DNA from: Haliotis rubra
Lineage: Eukaryota
Direction: 5' to 3'
DNA length: 64,000 nucleotides
NCBI RefSeq assembly: GCF_003918875.1
Contig: NW_025765237.1
Location: forward strand, 806,001 to 870,000
The position numbers were made by a program, and so were the translations under genes. The notes under the pieces were generated by a model, which was not told where the DNA came from, did no database searches, and saw only the letters and a program-made list of their open reading frames with translations. Positions 11,329-23,567 of the stretch are shown in pieces; within the stretch, counting starts at the first letter, position 1, and each line of letters begins with the position of its first letter.

Positions 11329-14300
11329 AGACCGATCCAGTCTGTCAATCAAAACTGGCGCATGCGTCAATTTTGGCCAATCAGCAGGCCGGGCGCGCTG
11401 TGTGGATTTGTCAGACTTATTTCCAGGGTCAAACGATGCATCCGAAGCGATGTGCTTCGAATTATGCCATTTACACTCGCTATATTTATTACATATTGCT
11501 GCGATTTGATGTGTACCTTAACAAAACCATTATGGCCAAGACAACAAAAATGGAGGCGGATCAAGAAACGCAATAGGCCTAACGATCAGTTAAATGTCTG
11601 CACCATCGTTCAGGAAACCTACGTCTGCCTGCTGATGAGAATTTGCACGAATTTCCACACTTTTGCACATGTGCAAAATCATTACCAATTGATGACAACA
11701 AATAGCAGTTTAAGACTTTGCAAGTGTTATAAACACAGACAATTCTTGTAACTACAAAATTGTTTTGCTTAACGTTTTTAGTCACTACTAGGCATTGAGT
11801 TGGTAATGCCATAAAGCTCAAATGAGACAGGCGAGAAAGCCGTGACACGATGTAAACAAATCTTCATTTCGGTTAGGGTCAACTGAAATAGCAAAACTTG
11901 TTACATGAAAGAACAATGAGGCAGATATTGTCCCCTTCGCTCTTAGATAGTCTTCAATTTGTCACACATTGTAGGATGTTTTAAGTTTCATAAGCACAAT
12001 CTGAAGGCCTACAGTATCTTGTTAACAGAGCAAAATATTGAGGAGTAATATTTTTTATTCAAAGCGGAAATATTGTCAGTGTCAGCAGTTGCCTATCATG
12101 CACTATCCAAGTATCAAAATTAGTTCATATGAGTGCCTATAAAACCATGCTTTAAATATTTCAGATTTTTATAAAGAGTTGCATGGGACTTTGAACTGAA
12201 TTACCTTCCTCCATGTTGATCGAATACTGAAAACTATGTGAGAAGAATAGTGACTTTCTGGAGTATTGGAATGAGTGAAATAAAGTGTATATCTTAATTA
12301 CGAGAACATTATTTGAAGTTTTGTTACCACATAAATTATTCACATATAATGGTACATTTTAGGAGTAATATTACAACTGTAATTTTGATTAATTCACTGG
12401 AAATGATAGCAAGGTATGTTTTAAGAATCTTGCTGTTTTTAGTAAACGTGGAAGGGTAATAAAATTAATAATAATCTAATCAATAATAAATAATTATTCA
12501 ATTGATTGACATATCAGATTTTTTAGATTTTAAGGCAGAACTAGGCAAACAAACACCATACATATCATGGCAGGACAATCACTAGGTATTAACTTTCTTG
12601 GCTCCTGCTTTTAGATGTTTTTTTAAATAATACATTTACTAATAAGATAATTCTGAAAGTGATTGCTAGTATCATAACTCATTAAAGTTATTTCAACATC
12701 CAGAAAATTTGAAAAAGCAAAGGCTACGTTTTGGTCAAACCCTGGTCAGGCATTATCCAGTCCTGGAACAGAATAACTTACAAAAATCTCAGGTGACTTT
12801 TCATGTAACGGAATAAAGATTGAAACATATATTTAACCCATATTTGATGTAATTCTTCTGATAAATCATAAGTTTTTTAGGAGGTTACTAATATTTGAAG
12901 ACTGAGCCAAAGCTAGTGTTTATTAAGATGGTGGATTTGGACAAATTGTTCAAGGTTTGTTGATGGTTATTTGCAAAATGAGCTTCATATTAAATTGCAC
13001 ACTGGTTTGTAGGAGGTGAACGCTTCAGGGCATTTTCATGTCTGTTTTCCTAAAACTTTGTTATGACTTTTACCAAATTTTGAATCAACTTTATTATAAT
13101 TGTTATGACACCAGTAAGTATATAGGAAATAGATCAAAATCAGTGTTATGTCCTCTAGGGATATGGTCTCAGATCTAATAAAACAAAGATTATCATTGTT
13201 TAATTAAGAAGCAATAATGTCAATATGTAATTGTATTGACAGAAGGCTTTGAACATAGGATATATTCTTTGCACCTTATTTACACTAGTAGTTAGCAGTT
13301 AAACATCTCTGATGAAAAAACAATAGATCTACATTTGTATTTTGTGTAACATTCTATTTCAATGCTAGTTAATTGTTCGGATAACTGTGGATTCTCTGTT
13401 CCAAAATTTTGCATCACATGTTTCCTATTTCTGGAAGATGGGTCAGCTAGTGTACAGGTGCAGACAGTATCTTGGATCTTCTTTGTGTTCTGGTGCTGTG
13501 ACATACCTGTACATAAACGCTGGCAGTTCATGAAGTCCAGTATTGTGGAAGTTTGTATGTAAATTAGGATTCCACAACAAAGTACATATAGAAAAATTAA
13601 ATTGAAATGATGATTAAAAAAATGATTTCCTTATATTCAGTGTCATTTTATCATGGTGTACAGATTTTGAAGAGAGAAACTTTACTGAGAGTTGCTGCAG
13701 ATCAGCTGTTGAATATTTGCTTCTGGGTATGTCCAGATCGTCCATGGAAACATATTGTTTACAAGCCCAATTACCGTTTCCAGATTTCCAAATAAGATCA
13801 AATAGATTATGCTGTGATTGATTTGTTTACATTAATTGTACAGACAAATAAGGTGCATGAAGTAGTAGACGGAAATATTTTCTGCTTTTTATTTACCATT
13901 CTCTTAATTCATTAAAAGATAGAAACCCATGTTTTCAGATTATTGAACTAAATTTGAACAACGCCAACGGATAAGTAAAGCGCCACGCAGCGCAGTGTTG
14001 ATAATCTTTTTTATAGATACGAAGCGATCTGCAACATGAACATGTGGTTGTGTTCCACGAGTTTTAAAATTATAAACCCAAACAACAAAATTCAGTTATC
14101 CTTCCCCTGCTAATATCTGTGGACGGTGGTGAATAATTGCCAGATAGATTAATTGATTCGAAGAAATTACGCTTCCTACAGTCTCAGCAGCTAGTCGAGA
14201 TGCTTTTTCATCGGGCATGTAACTCATTTTCACTCGCCAGTTGTAATCTGCCATCTAAAATATATTAAAAATCACATACGTATAACTTGCCTCTTTAAAT

Positions 14301-14469
14301 AACATTCACAAACGACGGATACCAAAGTATCACAAGCAGAATTCACCAACAACGTTCGCAATCACGTAACGTTTCGCCGGCGGTGACGCCATTGTGATTT
14401 GCCAGTGGTTGTCCCCCTAACGTCAAAAACGAAGTGGGCGGGGCTTATCGGCCGGGACTGGATCGGTCT
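11329..14469. mobile_element. ~3.1-kb decayed DNA transposon with AGACC...GGTCT termini (ISL2EU/PIF-Harbinger-like)
   Basis: Inverted repeat caatagaccgatccagtc (11325-11342) / gactggatcggtctattg (14456-14473), AT on both flanks; CpG-rich ends, no intact ORF. Confidence 0.7.
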
Positions 14470-14708
14470 ATTGGACAAGGAGTTGGAATGTGAGATTCAC
14501 TGAGACAACGCTGCTACTACTGACAATGGTATTCAACCGAAACAGTTAGTGTGACTGTATATGAATAAGTGAATCCTTTATGTATGAATCACAAAGATAA
14601 TGCCATTCATTTGTATATAAACATAAAAAAATAGGGAAAAAACCCCACACTCAGAGTTCTGTGAACATGATAAACATACCACAAGTGTCACCAACACTCT
14701 ACAAGTAT

Positions 14709-17700
14709 TCAGGAATTGTCCTGCATCTCACACATGGCATAATGTTGTCCGTCATACACAATCTGACCCTGGTCATTCACCATCATGGCGGAGTGGTCCC
14801 CCCTTGACAGCATCATGTCTGCCTGGTGTATACTGGACAGGCTGCTGGAGTACAGACCACCGTCATGGCCGCCTACAGAGGACGTCATGCTGGGATCCAC
14901 CGGCTTCAGGTGGGAGGGAGGTTCGTTGTAGTCCCCATCTGTTCTGAAGGTGGTTGCAGTTGACTGAAGGTTTGTTTGAACATGAGAGAACTGACCAGTA
15001 TTGTGATCTGAGGGTACATGTGACATGTATCCTGTATGAGCTGAGGGTGCATGTGATATATATCCCGTATCATGAGCTGAGGGTGCATGCAATAAATGTC
15101 CTGTATCATGAGCTGAGGGTGCATGTGATATATGCCCTGTATCATGAGCTGAGGGTGCATGTGATATATGCCCTGTATCATGAGCTGTGGGTGCATGTGA
15201 TAAATGCCCTGTATCATGAGCTGTGGGTGCATGTGATAAATGCCCTGTATCATGAGCTGAGGGTGCATGTGATAAATGCCCTGTATCATGAGCTGCATGG
15301 TGCATGTGATAAATGCCCTGTATCATGAGCTGAGGGTGCATGTGATAAATGCCCTGTATCATGAGCTGTGGGTGCATGTGATAAATGCCCTGTATCATGA
15401 GCTGAGGGTGCATGTGATAAATGCCCTGTATCATGAGCTGCGGGTGCATGTGATAAATGCCCTGTATCATGAGCTGAGGGTGCATGTGATAAATGCCCTG
15501 TATCATGAGCTGAGGGTGCATGTGATAAATGCCCTGTATCATGAGCTGAGGGTGCATGTGATATATGCCCTGTATCATGAGCTGAGGGTGCATGTGATAT
15601 ATGTCCTGTATCTTGAACAGATGGTGCATGTGATATATGCCCTGTATTATAGTCAGTGGTCTCAGTAAAGGCGGAAGGTCTCCCATCAGCTATAGTGCTC
15701 TGTGCCATGGGTCTTGCATCACCAGATAACTGCTGCTCTGCTGTTGTGCTCGGCTCCAAGTCACTGTCACATGGCTCCCAATCTGGCTCTGTCTGTGGCA
15801 TGTCAATATCTCTGTTGCCTGGTTTCAGATTATCAGGAAGTGTTGCTCGAAGCTTGACTTTTCCATGTCGGACTTCATGTTTCCGCAATTCGTTTGTATT
15901 AATGAAGGGTTTGCTGCACACTTTGCATCGGACACAGTTCTCCAGAGTGTGCCGTTTCACATGTTCTGATAAAGCTTCAGGCTTAGCAAAACCCTTGCCA
16001 CAGGTTTCACAGCCAAACGGTCTTTCACCTGTATGAATGCCCATGTGGCTTGTGAGGTCACGGTTGGTGGGGAATCCCCGGCCACACACACTGCAGTACT
16101 CCAGCCTCCCCTTACAGTACTTCCGCTGATGCAGCTTGAAGTAGGAGGGATCGATGAACCAGTCACCGCACGAGTGACACTGGATCAGGTTCTCCCCTGT
16201 GTGGGTCTTCCTGTGGATCTGCAGGTACCATGCACTGCGGTAACTCTTCCCACACTGGTCGCACTTGTGCTGCTTGTAACCCTTGTGGGTGATGTCATGG
16301 GAACGGAGATTGCTTGCTGTGAGAAACCGTTTGCCGCACAACTCACAGATAAACTTCTTGTCATCACTGTGTATCTTCATGTGACAGCGGTACTGCAGTT
16401 CCGTCACACACTCTTTGTCACAAACATCACACTTGAACGGCTTCAACTCACTGTGGAGAAGTATATGCTTCTTCAGGGAGCTCCCCATTGTGAACGTCTT
16501 GTCACACATAGTACAGCTAAAGGGTTTGTCACCTGTGTGGACACGGCGATGAACACTCAAATCTCTTAAATCAAAGAACGCCTTCGGACAGGAGTCACAT
16601 TTATGTGACCGAACCCCTGTATGGAGCCTTGCATGTCTCTTTAAGTGAGAATTGGTCAAACAACCTTTCCCACATACAGTACAGGTGAAAGGTCGGTGCC
16701 CTGTGTGAATGCCCTGATGGCTTCTCAAGGACATCTTGGATGAGAATGTCTTGTCACATGAATCACACTTAAACTTCTGCTTACTGTGGCACTTCCTGTG
16801 ATTGCGCAGGGCTGAGGAATCTGTGTACGTCTTCCCACAAGTGTCACACTGATAGGGTCGCTCACCAGTATGGACACGAGTGTGAACCCTCAGAGAGGAT
16901 GCATCCGAAAAAGATTTTCCACATGTGTCACATTTGAACTCCTTGGAAGCCTTATGAGTTTTCATGTGTCTTGTTAAATGTTGCACACTCTGAAAGGAAG
17001 AACCACAGACAGAACACACAGAGGTAAGTTCTGAAGAATGAGTTTTTTCATGTTTTTTCAGCATTTCCAAAGATTTGAAGCGTTTGTCACATAGATCACA
17101 TCTGGCATATTTACATCCACTATGACACTTCTCACCCTTTCCAGTCAGTTTTGACTTATCTTTGCCACATGTTTTACATTTATAAGATTTTCCTCCCAAG
17201 GACTTGGCCTTTCCTTTCCTCTCCCCTACAGTGTTTACCCTCCTCCTCCCACCCCCATGACGTCCCATGCTGGCACCAGCAGCTCCTCCAACCCCTTCTC
17301 GGTCTTCAACATCATCAACAACATCACCATCACCACTGGCTACATAATCCAACATGCTTTCACTGTCTGACATACTCTCAAAATCTTTATATATCATTTT
17401 AGTCCTAGATCTCCTTGGCCTTTCAGATAAACTAGTTCTTACAGTTATAAGGTCATTTTCAGTTGCTTCATGTCCAGGAGTAAATGCTTCTTCAGGAAAG
17501 ATGTCTTTGGGAGGTGCATGACCTTCACCTTTGCCCTTCAACTGCGTGTCCATAGGAATGACCATCTCAGACTTGTCACAGCTCTCGAGGTCGGCACATG
17601 ATCTACTGGTCAAGTTTCCATGGTCATGACAGATGTTACATTCAGACTTAAAATCAGAAGCAATCAGCGTGAAACTAATTACAGTGTCTTGCTTCTGCAT

Positions 17701-17988
17701 CTGTTCTCCACAATCACAATTCTCATACACCTCGACTGGCAGAATCTTTGTAGAGACATCACTGCACTTGACTTCTCCATGAATGAATGCACTGAAGATG
17801 TGTCTGTTGGAGTCAGTCACTCCGGGCTCGACCTTCAAGCTGACCTCTAATGCAGCATCCGACACAGTGGCCTGGACAAACGAACACTGCAGAAGAGCCA
17901 AACATGTTTCTTCTTGACTTGTCACAGGCTTGTCCTTCACCTTGGTTCTATCCTTTGGCTGGCCTCGTTTTCGTCGACTCTTGGGCAT
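14709..17988 (-). CDS. ZNF-C: C2H2 poly-zinc-finger protein (15 fingers) with the shared N-terminal domain and a His-rich repeat tail
   Basis: 900-aa ORF 15286-17988 continues into 14709-15686 through one extra base in a repeat unit at ~15297; acceptor catcttcatccttttgcag at 18673-18691. Confidence 0.92.
15020..15650 (-). repeat. Coding 36-bp minisatellite (HAPSAHDTGHLS, ~17 copies)
   Basis: tgcatgtgataaatgccctgtatcatgagctgaggg repeated in tandem. Confidence 0.95.
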
Positions 17989-18983
17989 GATGAAAGGAGA
18001 GCTGACACAACAACTGGACCACTAGTCTGTCAGCAGTTTTCTCCCAAAGCATTGCAACATCGAAAATGATTTGTTTGATCCTGGCATCTACTCTTGTAAT
18101 AATGTTAATGTGGCATCAGTAAATAATCTCCCCTGTGCAAAATCAGCTCTACCAGAAGATTGTAACATCTGTAACATCATGATCATCAGTTTTTGTCTTG
18201 TGTCTTATTGATGCCAATCACAAATGATGTTTTCCCCTGACACTTTTCATTTTTAGCAATACAGTGAAGATTCCAACGCTGACAAACAAGCATCATGGAC
18301 TGTACAAGTAACCTCAAAAACTTGCACAGAAATGTTTTCATTATATCCGTGAATCAATCTGTTTGTGGATCATGATAACAGTTATCATGAATCCACAGGA
18401 GAAGGTGAGCATATCGATTCAACAAACAACCAGTCTTGAGACCTTACTAAACTGAGAATCTATCACAAATAAGCAGTTCTTCTTTCAATATGTTTCAATA
18501 GAACAATATTGAATATATTCTGTGGTTGCAAAACAAATCCTTGCCAATGCCGACATCTCCATCACACACAGTCCTGATGTACATGCAAGGGTTCTTCTGT
18601 ACACTGACTAAAGACACATAGTCTTCCCCAGCCATGTTCAGTTACCTCCCTTTGCCAGGCTTGTGGTGAAACCTGCAAAAGGATGAAGATGCTGAACATG
18701 CTGAAGGTAAGACAGTGTCCGAAAATAAGCATGAAAGTCAAGAAGCCCCTTGCTGAATGTTAGTTGCCTTAGGGGGGGGTCAATTTTGTCAGATCTAATC
18801 TCAAGAACTCCCATGACAATGATCAGGGGCTTGAAAAAATAGTTCTACTAAAAGTTCTAAATTTAAACATATGTAGGGACTAGCCTTTTATTATGAGGAG
18901 GGGAAGAAGAAGAGGAAGGGGAGGAGGTGGGGGAGAAAATGTTACATAAATGGGCGATGGGTATCAAATTTGATATTAGTCCT

Positions 18984-19350
18984 GCTGAAGGGGTCGTCGG
19001 CACGGGTACTACAGATATGTACCTTGGCCATAATGAGAATACAGAAACGTACCCTAGGACGATTCCATTCCCATTGTGTCGTATTCTTGACTGGAACTGT
19101 AATACTGTTGTATTAGATACATTTGATTGTGTTATGTAAGTAATGAGAATACACAGTAACGGATATTTCGCGATGCACTTGAATACCACTCGGAATCAGT
19201 TGAACGGGAACAACTACATATATACGGTTTCGGTTTTTGATTGCGGAATATGGACTCGTCCGCCTTTAAGGGTACCGGGTACGTTTCTGTATTTTGACTT
19301 TGTTTAGGGTACATATCTGTAGTACCTGTGCCGACAACGACCCCTTCAGC
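18984..19350. mobile_element. Mutator-like MITE
   Basis: ~70-bp imperfect TIRs (gctgaaggggtcgt...acgaccccttcagc) and 9-bp TSD attagtcct (18975-18983 / 19351-19359). Confidence 0.88.
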
Positions 19351-19712
19351 ATTAGTCCTGAGACCAACCAGGAGGTACGAGCTCGACGAACGGAAGGGGC
19401 ACGTGAGATCAGTGGGGTGAGACCCACGGTGGGCAGTAGGAGATCATTAGCTCTGTAAACTGCATTCTGGATTCTGGCCTATTAAGTACAATGGCATTCA
19501 ACATCAGTGTTTTGTTTCTGATCCTAGATTCACTGCAGCAACTATGATCGACTCGTCAGTGTGGTTTTGTCTGTGTAGACTATTCTCGTCCGCTATTGCC
19601 TCTGCAATAAACAGTAAAATAATAAAAACAGGAAAGTATTCAATTACCCGCATTGATGATTGTGTTCCTCTTTCCTTGGCGCATAATAAAGAATTCGTTA
19701 GAAATTAAACAA

Positions 19713-19800
19713 ACATACATTTCTTGGAGTTTGTTGGCAATGGCTGCTATTAATTCAAGGGAGATAATACTTGAAAGCTGAATTTGATACCGCTATGGAA
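19713..19800 (-). promoter_or_regulatory. Candidate first non-coding exon and promoter of the minus-strand ZNF array
   Basis: Donor-like AAAT|GTATGT at 19713-19718, motif AAGGGAGATAA at 19757-19767, locally CpG-retaining sequence. Confidence 0.4.
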
Positions 19801-21329
19801 ATGTTTATTCGATCGCCTACACTTTCGATGATTTTTATATCTTTTCGAGGTTTGAGATCTTCATTCCTCCTGTGCAGTGTCCGAAAAAGCCACTGGTCCG
19901 CTAGCCCGTGGCTAATAAATATCTAGTCGGGCCAGTAAATCTCCAGTCACTGGCTCGACTGGCTAGTGAATTTTCATGGGGTGATTTTATAAATACACCG
20001 CTCTCTCCGACTAGTTAAGTTATAATACACTTTTAAATCATGCAATTTTGTACACACGTACTAGGGGGGTCAGCAATTTTGTACAATAACATATGTTTAA
20101 AATTATACTTAGAAATTATGGGAAGGGGTCACTGATTTTGTACATGACATGAGGCAAAACTTGGAAACTATTTCGCACACTGCACCTGTACAAGGATGAA
20201 TCAATTCGATGAGTATATCCTGGGATAATCTACAACAGTCTCCCTGGTATATCTTATGAGTATTCACGTCAGACAAAGTTTTGACAACACAACATAGATT
20301 TGCTTTCAATCGAGCATCACTATTTAAATGATTTTGGGATGTGTGGATGTATTATACAAATTCAATGTGCTGTAATGCCAGGAAAGGTAAGACACTTTGT
20401 GGATGACAACTTCTTATTATATTATGATGTGGCGTCTCGATATAGATTCCGTTGTGTAATAAGGAATGATGTACTGCAGCAAAGAACATTGAGTGAGTGA
20501 GTTTAGCTTTTGCGTATTAATGTGATTACGCTTTGTCGTCGAGTTCACGTTCATGTTCTTTTCTGGAGCATCTCTCCATTCCGTCATGTATAGACCTGTT
20601 CGCCACCATAGCTTGCATTTGGTCCCTATTCGAATCTCACGACTCTACAAAAATCCTCCCATAAAGTATACGTTATTGGTGTTTGTTTACAGTTTGAAAC
20701 TGCATATTATTTGGCACTCTTCCAAAATGATGTGTTTACCATCCTCACCGGATAAAAATAGTTCTGCCTACTGTCGTTTTTAATCGCTGAGGTGAGAAGT
20801 GAAGTGAGGTGACACGGGGATAATATTGTACGTGTGTGTGCGTGTGCGTGTGCGCGTGTGCTATGAGATAATGGTATTTTGGTCGTTTTGACGGTAATCA
20901 CCCTAAAGTTGACCAGTTAGGTCCAGTGAGCTGTGGAGATCTATCCGAAGGGGTGTTGAACACGCGTTTGTTCTCCTTTGGTTTGTAGTGGAACTGTCAT
21001 CTTGGCCATGAAGGGGAAAACGACTGAAAGAATTACGCTGCAGTGCATATGGTGCATTTCAGTCTGAGCTGAGCTGAGAGCTCTTTCCAACCCCAAGAGA
21101 CGCCGGGATCCAAGGACTGCAGGCCCCGGCCGGGTCCAGGTTGGATCCTCATGTGGGTTCCGCTTCCTGAAGCCAACGCATAATTACTCATTGTCTTCTC
21201 CGAAAAGTCATTGGAAACGATGCATTCATTCCTACTGGTGTGATTTTTCATATGAACCAAGTAGGGCATGATATTTAACTGTTTTGTCATGGAAGCGTGA
21301 CACGAGTGATGAAAGCTGGAATCTCAAGC

Positions 21330-21442
21330 CAGGGCCTAGATTTTCGAAGCTCTCTTAGCGCTACGACAGTCGTAAGTGCCATACATTAACATTGACTTAT
21401 GACTATCTTAGCGCTAAGAGAGCTTCGAAAATCTAGGCCCTG
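21330..21442. mobile_element. Palindromic MITE, Harbinger-like
   Basis: cagggcctagattttcgaagctctcttagcgct...agcgctaagagagcttcgaaaatctaggccctg is a near-perfect hairpin; relatives at 36094, 32284, 49303 and ~4945. Confidence 0.85.
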
Positions 21443-21829
21443 TATTGTACGTGAGGGTGTCGCTTGCACAGCTCCAATATGTTTCCAGAAAATTCTTTCT
21501 TTTTAACAAATATTTTCATATCATTTTTTATTAAAACAACTCAGTCTTGAATATTATTATAAAGTTACAAAGCTGCGATGCACTTTCAAGACTGTTGTCT
21601 GTTGCGTTTGATCAGGGATAATCTACAGCGTTCTTGGATTTGATCTTTTATTGACTGATAAATGATGTCAGACCTGTCGTTTTGCTGCAATAAATAAGGT
21701 GTAACACAAAAGCACTTCTGTCATAGAAGATTCTAATGGCACAGATTTTAGACTTTGAACATTGACTCAATGCTGATGGGAAGGGCTCCGTCTTGCGAAT
21801 ATTTAGTGGTCTCCATCGGTTAACCCTTC

Positions 21830-22549
21830 CACTGAGTTATCTCCCCTTGACTGGAGTTTTCTCAAGTTCTGTCGTACTGTGAGGGGTTATTGAAAACAAT
21901 GGATACGAAGTAAGGTATGCCTTCAGATATGTCACTTTCCGTCATTAAGCAGATATATATTTATCAACACACAGACTCATATGTGTTAGCATATATCCTG
22001 ATTCACTACACGTGTCCCGATAATTCCTGACATGACCCTATGCCTGTGATGCAGTATTCCGTTTGGTCTGGTAACCAAGCTCAACCAACGGACCGGGCCG
22101 GGAACCAAGTGACTTATTTTCCTCATTGATATCGATTACGTGTGTTACCATACGGAAAGTGTCACACCTTTTATAAATTAGTCAACACTTTTAAAGAACG
22201 TATGCAAAGAATACACCTTCCGTTCCTAAGTTCTATAAATAGGGAATTTAGTATCCTGATTCAAATTGTTTAATCATGGGTGTTTAAACGCACAAATTCC
22301 ATTCCATGGGTAGTGATTTTGCAGGAGATAAGACATTTGTACGTTCTGGACATAAAAATATTCTGTCATAATGTCATTTACAAATTTGGCTAAAGTCACG
22401 TGAACTGGGCGTCGCATTCTGTCCCTAACAATTATCCCGTAATTTACTGCTGGGTTTTCTTGTTTCCTGTTTCCCAGTTGTCATATCGCTCTTATCTTGT
22501 CATGGACACTGAATAGGTCTGTGATGGTTTTTATGTGTACTCGCGTCAG
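21830..22549 (+). promoter_or_regulatory. Candidate promoter and 5' non-coding exons of ZNF-D
   Basis: GAGTTATCTCCCCTT at 21834-21848; donor-like gtaaggtatg at ~21910; internal exon 22478-22549 bounded by tttcccag and cag|gtaagt. Confidence 0.5.
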
Positions 22550-22888
22550 GTAAGTCATGAATAGGATGACGATGTGGATATGATATATTGTTTGATGAAA
22601 ATAAGAAAATTACATGGTTGCAAAACAAGCTTTTTGGGTTCACATTACTGTCTATTTTGCTCACATTCCTTCAAAGTTTTAATTGTTCAATAATACTTTA
22701 GTGGTTTTTGCATCATCAGATCTCTCTATATGTGTTTACCAACAGTTTTTGCAAGGTCTCTATTAAAACAATTCCAAATCATTCATTTTGTACCCATCTC
22801 TTGAGACCTACAGTGTGTAACCAGGTAAAGTCAGGCAGTAGGGGATCAAGTTCCAGGGTTGTAGATTGAGACTTGTCTTAGACCTATT

Positions 22889-22942
22889 CACTCACTCACT
22901 CACTCACTCACTCACTCACTCACTCACTCACTCACTCACTCA
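22889..22942. repeat. (ACTC)n microsatellite
   Basis: About 13 perfect units, the same unit as the local SINE/LINE tails. Confidence 0.95.
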
Positions 22943-23567
22943 TGTTGGGAATTGGTTAAAATCTTATAATTGATGATTGGTCCCTTACAACCGATCAATC
23001 ATCGAAAATAATTGGTTAGCGTCATTTATCAAATGTTCCTGTTGTCTTTGGAAAAAATAAAGATAAAACATGTAGTAATTTGGTTTTTTTTGCAAATTAA
23101 ACGAAATCCATTTGCAAATTTTGCATATTTAAAGGATTATTAGTATGTTAGGAACACAGATTTCATGGATTCTTGAAGATAAATTCAATCATGACTTGGA
23201 ACGAGCTTGTTGTGCCTATGAAATGTAATTATGACACAGACAAAAGCAACCTTGTGAAAAATATTGTTGATGCAAACAAGTGTTCCAAGATTGGTTGCAT
23301 TCGATTATGAGAAAACATGTTCGATTGCTTGGTCGTTTAGTCACTGCGACCAATCTTCGATTATTTCAATTAATCGGACCACCACTATCACTCACAGGCC
23401 AAATTATTCTTGTATGGCAAAATGGCTTTCAGTTTGGCATGTTCTTACACTAATCTACTGTGTTTCTCTTTCCAGATACAATCAAAAGAGGAAGAACATG
23501 TCCTACTATACGCAAACATGACAGTTTATTCTAAATGTGAAGGTCACATACCATCAGCCATTTAAAT

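Noticed and set aside
11362-11751. 129-aa ORF as a host gene
   Set aside because: Lies inside the decayed TIR element and has no recognisable domain.
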